The translations under genes were made by a program, and so were the position numbers. Shown here in pieces: positions 43,002-56,200 of a stretch of DNA of 64,000 nt. The number at the start of each line of letters is the position of its first letter. Positions within the stretch are counted from its first letter, which is position 1. The stretch spans positions 1-64,000 of the forward strand of contig CT868463.1 in NCBI GenBank assembly GCA_000165425.1, written 5' to 3'. The stretch is from Paramecium tetraurelia. Lineage: Eukaryota. The notes below the pieces were generated by a model. That model worked only from the letters and a program-made list of their open reading frames with translations. It made no database searches and was not told where the DNA came from.

Positions 43002-44288
43002 TCAAAAATCTTCATCATATTCCATGCTTATAAAGTCATAATTCTGGATATTGTAGTATGCCAAATCTTTATTATCTTTTAATAACCTTCCATGGTAAAA
43101 TAAATGAATAGCATTTGGAAATAGTAGAGATTAAGATTCACATATCTTATTTTTAAGTGCATAGATCTTATCATTTAGAGTTATATTGACGACAAAATCA
43201 TCAAAATCATCAACTATTACAATTTCATATGGTTATTTTAAGTTATTAAATAAAAATAATTTACTGTCTTCTTCAATTTTGTATTTAATTATTCTCACAT
43301 CATTTTCTAACTCTATTCCTTTATAAAACAAGTGTTGTTTAAAAACTGGATATTCTAATTACGATTAAATTTCCTTCTTGATGTCTATTATAGTTTCATA
43401 TTATTCTTTTTCCATTTCCAATTTAATATTGTTGATATTAATTGAAAATTTTATGTATTATTTTTCAACGAGTTCTAAATTTGAAAAATCAGCAATGTTG
43501 TAAAACTATAACTCTTTTTCATCTTTTAAGATTTAATCCCTGTACAATAAGTGAAAATCACCTAAACCAGTATATTTGGATTGCAATTTTTTCTTAAACT
43601 CTTTAATTGTCATTTTTGCTTCTAAATTTCTCATAAATCTTCTATTTTTTGATGCTTGATTGATATAAATAAAGTTTTTCAACTTCAATAGAATAACAGA
43701 ATGCTTTTGAATTTTATAATCATGTAATTTAAAATCATCTTTTAATAGCCTATTCTTGAAAATTAGTAGTTATGAATGAAATGGATATTCATATTCTTGT
43801 AATAACTTAAATTTTATGTCTCTAACACATTCATTTAGATTAATATCAATAAAATGTCTTTAGTTATTGTATACTACAATAATACTATTGCTAGAACTTA
43901 TTTTCAGATGCAAAGTTGAATTTTTCTTTATTGTCTTACTATTAATTTTATCCAATATTTTAGGACCCAAATATAATTTCTGCCTCTTAGGGGGTATGCC
44001 TTCTTTTTGTTAAATATAGTCTGTTATCTATTCTAAATAATCAACATTATTGTTAACGCCCAAAGAGAGAATTCTGCCATTCGGTGTTTATACAAAAACT
44101 TAGATTGAACTATCTTCATCACAACTAGGATTCACATTATGAAATATGCCTCCTTAGTGCAAAAATGTCATTTCATCTTTTTAATGATCTTCCTTTTCAT
44201 AGAGATTTGCTTGATTTTCACTTTAAGTTAAATTGTGATCTTCCATTGTTTCTTTTGCAAATAAATTATTCTTCTATTCTGATTGCAT
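43002..44288 (-). CDS. Intronless ~428-aa protein with five tandem divergent ubiquitin-like domains
   Basis: IQVFVQTPNGRIL..QKEGIPPKRQKL..NSTLHL; QLLIFKNRLLKDDFKLHDYKIQKHSVI; LLYRDQILKDEKELQFYNIADFSNL; QHLFYKGIELEND..YKIEEDSKL; HLFYHGRLLKDNKDLAYYNIQNYDFI. Confidence 0.85.
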
Positions 44289-44367
44289 CTGAAATACATT
44301 AATAGAATTATAGTTTGCAGATAATTACATGAATTTGTACAATTTTAATATTTATTAATAAATCTCA

Positions 44368-45345
44368 TCATAATCCTATGTCATCCTTAAAATTCCAAAT
44401 ATTCAATAGATACAAAATCCTGACTAATAGAAAATCCCTGGCCATTTGGATTGAGGCTTCTACGACATTTAGATGGGACCCTTCAACATCTTCCCATTTC
44501 ACAGGCACCTCTGAGACTGGCACTTTGTATTTTTATGCAATCATAAATAATTCTACATCGAATGCCCATCTCTCCAAATGAAGTACTCTAAACAATATTG
44601 CTGAAGTGTTTTTTGTAAACAACTTAAACCCACATTGAGTGTCCTTCAATCTAACACCACATATGGTATTAATGATGAAATTAGAACAATGCATCAAGAA
44701 ATTTCTATACCATTTCCTTTGAACAACTACATCTTTCACTAAATGATTTCTTGAACCTGCCACCAATCCTAATCCATTTTATGTAATTTTTATTAACTAA
44801 AATCTTTGTATTACTTATGTACCTCTTTTGACAATTTCTCATATTCATTCAAATCTGTAGCTAGATCTGCATCCATCATTAACTAAATTTCACCTGCAGC
44901 TGCTAACATTCCCAGTCTTACTGCTCCTCCTTTTCCTCTATTTCTATTGTACGTAATTATCTTAAAGTTTTTATTATTCATTGAATACTTCTTGGCTACT
45001 TCCAATGTCTTATCTTTTGATGCATCATTGATGATTATTATTTCGTATTTATAATTATTAAAGTGCTAATCAATTGTTATTCATATATACTTTGAATGTT
45101 GCTTCTAATGTTCTTCCCAATCTATTTTCCTCATTGTATGATGGAATAATTATGCTTAATTGAACTTCAGATGTATTTTTATATGAGGAATACTTGTATT
45201 CTTTTCCATCACAAATTATCACTATACTATCGTCCTTTTTCACTGTTTTTTGTTGATTTTTCCAATTAGTATAAGGAGTGAACAGCCAATTTATTCCCAT
45301 TAACAACCCAAGAAAAATAAGCAATAGAAATATTTCTAATAACAT
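44368..45345 (-). CDS. ALG5: Dolichyl-phosphate beta-glucosyltransferase (GT2)
   Basis: N-terminal TM, LSIIIPSYNEENRL, IINDASKDKT, NRGKGGAVRLGML, MMDADLAT, AGSRNHL, DTQCGFKLFT, HLERWAFDVEL, EVPVKWEDVEGSHL. Confidence 0.93.
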
Positions 45346-45549
45346 TATTTATTTATTTATTGTGTTGTTGAAAATAAAATGTAAATTATCAATTTCCATA
45401 TAAAATTACGTGTCTACCTATTACAAGTCTATCTAGATTTGAACACCCCTGCTAAAAGTCATAAAACTACCAATAACAAAAACAAAGCAACAGGAGAGTT
45501 GTACTAAATATCTATATTATTTAAATCTTATGGAGAAAATGTTGAATAT

Positions 45550-46351
45550 TCAGCATTTATAAAATAGATCATCTTTACAAATGACAAGTTTATCTTCAAT
45601 TAGTTTATTTAGGTGAGCCTAGAGGGTAATCTTAACAACTTTCCGCATGTAACCATCATTACTATCTGGATACACAATGTTTTTGATTTCCTCAATTGAC
45701 TATCCATTAATCACTTAGTAGATCTATTATTCTCTATTCTTTCGGTGTTGAATTTGATTCTAGATTGCTTCTTAAGCTCCTTCAATTATAGTGTATCCAT
45801 GACCTGGATAGATAGCCTTTCTTAGAGATTAGGGATAATAAATACATATTCATGTTTTATATTTTTTCCATACTTTACAAATACTATTTCACATTTTCCA
45901 TGTAACAAGAAGAGCCTCCCAAAAGGCAATCTCCTGAAAACCATTCTTAGTTAGAGGTCATGAAACCAAAATGGTCAACACAGTGTCCTGGTAACGATAT
46001 GGCTGTGATTGTGCAATTTTCAACTTAGAAAATTTATCCATCCTAAAGTGGTTTAAATGGATAGAGCTTATCACTCTCCAAATTGTGATCTAAATTTTTA
46101 TATACTTGAGAATTTGGAAATAATTCAAGCACCTATGAGATTCCTCCGATGTGATCATGATGATGGTGAGTTATAAGAACAATTGTAATTTCACATTATT
46201 CATTATCAACAATTTATTTTAAATGCATTTTGTATTCTTCCTTTCCTTCGCCTGTGTCTATTAAGATTCTTGCTTTTCCAGTTCCCATTAAGTAGGTGTT
46301 TGTTCCTTTTAAAGTGAATTACCCTGGATTATAGCCTGGAATTAATATCAT
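45550..46351 (-). CDS. LACTB2-like metallo-beta-lactamase-fold endoribonuclease
   Basis: MILIPGYNPGQFTLKGTNTYL..LIDTGEG, THHHHDHIGG, PGHCVDH, FSGDCLLG, IYPGHG, HRKNREQQI, QAHLNKLIED; one 25-nt intron. Confidence 0.9.
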
Positions 46352-46362
46352 AAATAAAAATA

Positions 46363-48232
46363 ATGACAGACACTATTATTGGAGGTGGGGTTAGTGAATT
46401 TGTGGCCAATCGCCAATACGCGAAGATCCAATATTTGCAAGAGGAGAACAAACAATTGCTAGAGTAATTGAAGGACATGGAGAAGGCATTAATATTGAAT
46501 AAAGAAGTTCTTCGCTTGTCACTTGAACAAAAGTACAAATACACTATTAACAAACAAGCCTAAACAATTCCAATAACTCAACAAATTGTAGTGAGTAGAA
46601 TTAAACTCTTCATTTGCAAATGAAATTGCATGAAGAAAATGAAATGCTCAGAAACTAAATTGTTAAATTGACAGAGGAAAGAAACTTAGCATAAAACAAA
46701 GTAACTGGCTTAATTATATTAATGAAAGGTTTTGTTGTAATCTCAAATATCCGAAGAAAACTAAGCGTTTTTGAAGGATTTAATTGTTGAATTGGAAGAG
46801 AAAGTAGGGGAAATGCGAAGATGCATCTAAGATAAAGAATACACGATTCAAGACATTGAGAAAAGCAGAGGTTTAATTGACAATGGATAGATGGTAAAGA
46901 TCAGGGAGATCGTAACACCACACGAATAAACCTTGAGGTTGACCGAGGAATTAGAATCTACCAGATAGCTTTTAAATAAGGTATCTCAAGGATCCCAGAA
47001 ACTACAGGAACAGAACAGAATGCTAAAAGACCAAAATTAAGTAAGTTTAAATTATATTTCACTATTAGAATTTCCTACGAGAGTAAATCAAATACCATCT
47101 GATACTAAGGAGTCCTTTGGCATATTATAAGATGAAAAGTAAGAAAATTCCCATAATAATAAGGCTACGTTTATAATGATGATCTAGGTCATTCAGTTGA
47201 TAATCTAGAAATTCATAATGAAAATTATTCGAATTAAGTCTTTAATACAGGTCAAAATGATCCTGCCCCATAAAGAGATGGGTAATACTAATAACAATAA
47301 CAAAATAATATGAAATATTTGACTAATAATGAGAGGTACTTAAATAGAATAAATAATTTAGGGCAATTTATTAAGAGAAATTATAAAAAACGGAGTCTTT
47401 ATTGAAAGGATACAAGGAGTTGTTTGAAAAGGAAAAGAATAAGGTAGGGTTGTTAGTTTAAATAAAAGATGATTAAGAAAGAAAGATCGAAGAATGTTAT
47501 AGTTATAATGAAGTGATACTCTAGGCACTTAAAAACAAAGATCAAAAAATAGAATAATTATAGACTGAAATGCAATATTATAAGACCTAATTTGGAAATT
47601 ACATGTACTTTCTCAAAAATAAAAGAAAAGTTAATCTAGATTTATCATTGTAATTGAAAGAACCAATAAACAATGTACAACCTTCTCCACCTCCTATATC
47701 AAATAATAAAATACTAATTAATTTTGATGAGGAATTTGAATAACCTGAAAAGCATATCAGTGTTTTAGATCCTGTTGATGATGATCCTTCACCTGACAAT
47801 AGAAAAAATATTGACTTAGATGGTTAGATGAAACAACAAAATAAGATGAGCAATATTCAAGAGCCTAATTACTCTGAAATGAATTAATAGGAATGCAAAT
47901 AGTTTCTTTAGAATACTGCCATCGAACTTTTTGTGCAGTACAATTTGAAGATGAACAATTTGAAAAAAAAGTAATTAATGCATCCATCGATGTCTTTAAA
48001 GACTAAACCTATCTGGCATGCAAAGTCATTTAGTGACCCTCTAGATTACTTTACCTTACAATATTACAACCTTTAAGTCTCGGGACAATATGAAATAAAT
48101 CAAAGATGCAATCTGCCAAACTTTCAAACAATGAAGCAAGGTAAAGGACTTGAAAAACCAAAGTAAGTGTGGGATATTGATTTTAATGAACTGTCTATTA
48201 TTTAAGGAGAGAAAAGTCAATTTTTTCAATGA
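46363..48232 (+). CDS. Hypothetical coiled-coil protein
   Basis: MTDTIIGGGVSEFVANRQYAKIQYLQEENKQLLEQLKDMEKALILNKEVL.., long heptad-rich exons with short introns, TGA 48230-48232. Confidence 0.75.
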
Positions 48233-48282
48233 TTTAGGCTAATAAAAGTAATTGATATGTGATAAATAATTATTATTAAATA

Positions 48283-49685
48283 TCATTAAAGATGATTATT
48301 AAATAAGTCTTCTTCATCAACTTCATGCTCATCATCTACAAATGATTATTCGACAAAATAATAAAATTTAAACTATTATTTACTTATCCAAGGATGTTTC
48401 AGCATTTATGAAGCTGTAGCTCTTTTATAAGGTATTACATTCAACATAGGTTATAAAAAATCTGCAAATTAATTTGCTTCTTCTTTATTTATCTAGTATC
48501 TCTTTATTTTCAATATTCTTACTTCTAAACTAAGATTTATTCCAAAGTATAGTATTCACTCACCTTGAAGTGTCTCAACACTCCATTATGTGAAAAGTAC
48601 TTTTTGCAATGTTTTCCAACACAAGTAAATTCAATAGGATAGGGACCTAAAACTTATTAGATATAAGCTAAATGTGTTAATTCATCATCATTTTCAATTT
48701 CAAATAAACTGTCTCCAGTAATCAATTCAAATGCAATGCAAGCCAAACTCCAAATGTCAGCAGAAGTAGTATAGAACTACCCCATGATTACTTCTGGAGC
48801 TCTGTATTACAAAGTTTGGATCTTCTCATTTCTGTGATGATTTATCCAACAAGCCTTACTAAAGTCCACAATCTTTACTTAAAATATTCTACATTTATCT
48901 AAGTATTCTACCTCTTGTCCAAACCCACCATCCATTGCAATTTCTACTTTATGCATTATAGTTTTTTCTTCTCTTTCTGTCTCTTTCTTTTTTCCTTCTT
49001 CTTGTCCGATGAAGATTGCTTTTGGTAATGTTTGATATTGTCTTAGAATTGTTGTCGTTAAGTGATCTGTCCCTTATCGACCAACTCTTTGACTTGCTCA
49101 TTGGTTAAGCAAACTCGAATGTTTTCCGGTTTCAAATCAGCATGAATGATCCCACATTCCCTATGCAAAAAGTCCAACGCTATGAGAATCTGCTTGATAA
49201 TCGATTTGCATTGATCAAAATTCAATCCCCTATCTTCTGTCGAATGAGATATTCTTAATAGATTTACACCCAACATTTCAAACACCAAAACATAATGTTG
49301 TCCAAATGGACCTTTGTGTAAAAAGACATGCAATAATTTAACTATATTGATAAATTTTGATTTTTTGTGAATAGTCTGAAGTATCTCAATTTCATTTAAT
49401 GCCTATTTATTTTCTTAATAATACAGCCTCTTGAAATCTAGGAGCACTCCTTTGAAATTTAAGTGCAACAAAGTTATTTGTCTTAAAATCTTTGGCCAAC
49501 CATATATTCGAAAGGTGACCAAATTCGAGCTTCTGAATAGCAACATATCTCCCATGAAACACTTCTCCAATAAATACAGGATGAAAACAACCAATTCCAT
49601 AATTTCTACAGTCTTCCACATCCTCATCTTCATCAGAACAATCAGAAAATTGATCCTAGAAATTTAATCTCAATTCTTCCTACAT
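48283..49685 (-). CDS. Divergent SRPK-like (CMGC) protein kinase
   Basis: YGIGCFHPVFIGE..RYVAIQKLEFGHLSNIW, VALKFQRSA, VFEMLGVNLL, IIHADLKPEN, spacer insert, VKIVDFSKACW, IQTLQYRAPEV, ADIWSLACIAFELITGDSLF. Confidence 0.9.
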
Positions 49686-49813
49686 TATTATAATTTATGG
49701 TCAGAATTACAAAGGATTAATATGAAAATCGAATATCAATTATAATTTAATACATTCAAGTCTCCCTCAAGAGAATAACGTATCGATAAAATTAATCACC
49801 AAATACAAATTGA

Positions 49814-51324
49814 TCATTAACAATATAATTTTTCAATTGCTGTCTTAGGACTACCATAATTCTGAAACTCTCGCAACTTAAAGGTTTCTTGAATTACCTT
49901 CCTACAATCGTAAGCAGGAAGCACATCAGAGAGCAGGAAATCATACAATAACTTTAATTCCTTATCGTCCTTGTTGTCATAATAAGGGATTATTGGAATT
50001 CCATTTTCAATATGATACCCAAAGCTGTATGCCGCATTATCTATCAACACAATGTCCTTCATGTCTCTCCCTAACACTCTGAGATCTTTAATATGCACCC
50101 CATCATTAGTCACTATACAACTCTCTCGAAACAATTGGGCAGTCAAGATTTTCTTATGATCCAGGAACTGAATCACTTGAGAAGCATAACATTGGTGGGA
50201 AGCTGTAAAGACTACGACTTCACAAACTTCTGACAATTGATTCAAGATCTATTTAGCCCAAGGCCTTATGTTGATTCCTGCCTAAACTGTGTCACCTGAA
50301 GGAAATGTGATTGGCAAATAAACCTCAGATTTCATTTTTTAATCCTCATTGCAATGGATGAGAGTTTCGTCAAGATCAAACACCACAGTTTTATGATCTA
50401 AATCGTATCAAAATACTACATTTGCTATTTTTCTACGGTAAATTTACCATCTTCCTTTGTATAATACTTAAAATAGGCTCTGTTTAATTTAAGCAGAAAC
50501 CTATGCTATTGTAAGTTTAGAAGGCATGGTCTCTATATAACTAACTGAGAGAATCGTAGGCTCCGTTGACAGCTTCTATCATGGAGCTCACATAGTAGAT
50601 ATTTTCTAAAATATATACTTAAGGTACTTCTTGAAAACGATAAAATTCTATTTTTTGGTGAAAGCGATTTCGCTTATCTAAATGGAGAGATACTGTTAAT
50701 GTTCTTTGAGAGATTTGAAACCTTGTATTGAGTCACAAAGTCATCCAAACTCAGATGAATATTTAGAGTTTGTTTTTAATCAAGATTTTTTTTGCTATTG
50801 GTCTAAGGTCTATCAATCGATGTCCCTTTTTCCGTTTTGAGTTTTTGTGCAAGTTTATTCTGATCTAGAGACAATATATTATATTTTCTATCGGTCTTGG
50901 ATTTATTCAATAAGCCGAAGGAATTATCCCTTGTCAAACTATTGTTGGCCTTATTATAGCTTTGCTGTATGGTTTTGCTGATTTTTTGAGATGGTTAAGC
51001 CTTGTTCTAATCCTTTGATTTGGCAAAAAAGTAATACTTTTATAGCTACAATTGGCATACCTAATGTGGATGAACAGGTTTGGGCGTATTAGTTCTAAGA
51101 TTTGCATTGATAAATGGATCCTTCTTAGTTACCTATTTAGAGACGGAAGATTTCTTATTTTTTATAAGGGTGCTCAAGCTTTAAGTTTGGTATAATTTAT
51201 TTAGAGTGCTTTTTTAAATGTCTACTGGAGGAACAGTATGTTGTTCGTATTGCTTGGCGAGTTTAAGTTTTAAACTAGAATTGTCCAAGTGAGATGGCGA
51301 TGTTTTATTAATATTAGAATACAT
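49814..51324 (-). CDS. CTD small phosphatase / NLI-interacting-factor family (FCP1/SCP HAD phosphatase)
   Basis: TVVFDLDETLIHC, INIRPW, EVVVFTASHQCYA, LFRESC, IKDLRVLGRD..VLIDNAAYSF..NGIPI. Confidence 0.92.
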
Positions 51325-51388
51325 TAATATCTAATATATAAGAGCGGAAACAAAATATTGTAATTGTTATAATGTATATATTATTTTT

Positions 51389-52972
<1,584 letters not shown>

Positions 52973-53297
52973 TTTATTTATTTAAATAATTTTTAGATAT
53001 TCTCATAAAGGATATTTAAAATTTAAATAAGCAATTTATCAATTAATTGCATGATGTCTCACTCGTTTCTTCCACTCACTCCTCTCCTCCCTTCCTCCAT
53101 CCCCATATTTTCCAATAATTTATCTATTAACCTTTTTGATTTATCACATCCCCCCTTATTCCAATTTAATTGTCTCTTTCAATTAGCAATATTAAATCTA
53201 TACTTATATAATCGAAATTTAATTGCCTCCCCCCCTCCACAAACAACTATATATAATTATCTTTTTAGATAATAAATATATATTCATTATTCATATC

Positions 53298-56200
53298 TCA
53301 TTTCACATCTGATTTCATCCTTTTCAATCCCTCTATCACAATCTATTGGAAACCCTTGAAACTGCCATTGTATTCTTCAAACCCTTTCAAATATTTTGCA
53401 AACACATGACTTTCCTTTAATGAAAATAGATACTTTGAAAATTGGAAAAGCTTGGTCTACTTTGATTACCCAAAATTTAGTCCTGGCACCACTTAACCAT
53501 CTCTTACATCAAGCTAATTTATTCACTATTTCTACCTCCTATCTTGTACGAGCTGTAGCAAGTGATTGAAGCACATGTTCTTAGAATTCAACTTGAGCTT
53601 TTTGTTCTGCTGCCTCTCTATTTAATTGCTATCGTAATTATCTTACCTTAAACATGTAATGGCATCATTATAAGACTTAAGAAAGACCTTAGCTTCATAA
53701 TAGGGTTACTCTGTGAACATAATTTTTAATAAATTAAATCAAATCAGTCTTAAATTAGGCAATCCTACGAATATGAAATTGTGAGTATAGATTCTCTTTT
53801 TATCAAATTAAATCTCCTTCAGATTTGAAATTTCTTACACAGGTTCGACCTTTCCTCCCTTCTTCGTTTCCACCTACTATGGTTTCTTGTCCATTATATT
53901 TCCATTCTCATCCTAATACTTCACAATTGGAGCCTAAAGAAATTATTAGGAGTATCATACCTTATATCTTTACAAACATGCTGCCACATAAATATCTTCT
54001 GTTAATTATTTAGCCAAATTTTCAAATGCCTTTAAAAATTCTACTATTTAAGGTGACCATTAAGTTGTTAATATTGTACTCACATCAATCAGAGTCAAAA
54101 ACACAGAGATTTTGAAATTCTGTTCTAGAATGTGAGTCTTCTCACCATCAGGATCCAAAGATGAGAACTTTTCAATCAAACTTTTTTTTGCATTCATCTT
54201 ATCAAATATCACCCAAAATTTAGAAGTATTAATTTCACTTAGATCTACAATTACTTTTGATGACAAAATGTTCAATACTCCAGGAGATCCATACCAGAAA
54301 ATAGATGATCCTGTTTAAGCATACTTTTACAATTCTCCCAAAGATGCCAATCTACTTTAAGAGAAAGTCTAAAATTATATAATATAATATTACTCCTTCA
54401 AATTTAAGTTAGGGTGTTGTTTTTTAAATCTCACCTAAAGTCTTTTGTAAATTAAATTCGTCCAAATTTAAATCCTAATCCTCTGTCTTAAAATCGTAAG
54501 TGAGGTATTTCAACTTGTCCTTCTCTATTCCTCTTGAGCTATTATTTAATTAAACTTAGAAACCCACACTTTTCAGTCTTCTAACATACACAGGCATACT
54601 AAAATCTCTTGACATTGCAACAATCTTTTAAAATACCTTCAATTGTTCAATAGGATAATCAAAGAACTTAGGATCAATCAATAAAACAATGGTGTCAATC
54701 TTACCAGGTGCTTATTCTAAGGGAGATTCGTATTAAGCCAATTCATCCTTTCCTGGTTTCCCTTTGGTTTACTTTCCTTAATCTTTCTTGGGAGGAGGTG
54801 CCTTAGGATCAATTACAGGTGGAGGTACTTCCTCTTAAGTATTTATATTTTCATCAATCAATTGAGGCACAAAACTCATAAATTGTTCCACATCTACACA
54901 AAACTTGGTGTATTCCTTTTCCATGTCCTCCTCCAATTTGATGAAGTCCTATTATTGAATTATTGGTGTTTTAATTAAATTATTCTTAATCTAATCTAAA
55001 TTGGCTTTCATTTAAGTCAACTAATCATGAGTTTTAGAATCCAATAGTATTCTTTACACTTTGTACACTGGAGTTTTTGTGTTATGTAAATATCCTAAGT
55101 ACAAACACGTTTTGTTCTGACTCATCTGCATTATTAGAAACCCAGCACTCTATTACACTTACGCCTATAGTTCTGTCAATGGGAAGATCATCAGATTATC
55201 CCATAATTTATTAGCCTCGGTTAATAATTTAATGGCCTCCTAATTAAGAAATCCACAGGCAGAATTGATCATCTTTATTAACCTAATATACACTATCATT
55301 TTATGCTTTCCGAAGAATGATTGTCTAACCATGTTAAACATCTATTCACAAAAAGCAAAATGCTAAAACTTACATAAATAATCATAAGATATTTCAGGAC
55401 TCTTTCTTCCCAGGATATCTAAGGCAGATTCATAGAGCATTTTCAAATAAAAGTTCATTTACTTGAATCCAAATATACTCCATTCTAATGGGACAGTTGT
55501 GTTGTCTCCTTTTGCTTTCAATACTGTGAATGCTTTTGATTCAATGTCTTTAATCAATTTTAATACGCTTTGTAAAGCATCCGTCTTATAATCAAATTAA
55601 TTGTCCTCCTCTTACTACAATTAAACAACTGAATCTTGTCCTTCAACTGGTGTTTCCCAAACATCATCCAATTACTATTTACTTATAGCTAGATATCTTT
55701 TTGCTCTCACCAACTCAATCTCAGCTATTGTATACCAAAATGAATCTTTTTTCAATTGTTTCAAAGTGGATAACAATACAGCAGTTGCCTTCTCAAAACT
55801 TTCCAATCTCTAAGGAAGTGGCTAGATTGCCCTTTATATCTTAATGGTTAATTATGTTAAGAATTTCTAGAGAGGTTCGTAATTGCTTAATTGTTCAATT
55901 GGTTTGTCTTCTAGTTAATCGTTGTTATTGTCATCGTCGGACCCTTAAAGATCAGGCAATTGCATTTATTTTCGCAACCACTTAATCAATCCCATTTCAA
56001 TAAAACAAGACGCCATTATCACCCTTATCTTAGCTTATAAATCCATGATTGGGGATCTAATTGATTCCGATTCTTTTTCAATTAGGAGTGTGTACTTTAA
56101 TAAGGATCTACTTTGTTATTCTAAAGGTTTAAGGATTGAGTTCTGCAATCTCTATATAATTTTGAAATAAATTTCAACTTAGTCAATTTTTGTGTAATTC

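Noticed and set aside
53050..53312. ATGATG...CTGA suggesting a C/D snoRNA
   Set aside because: The boxes are ~260 nt apart, the D box lies in CFAP46 coding sequence, and no terminal stem was seen.
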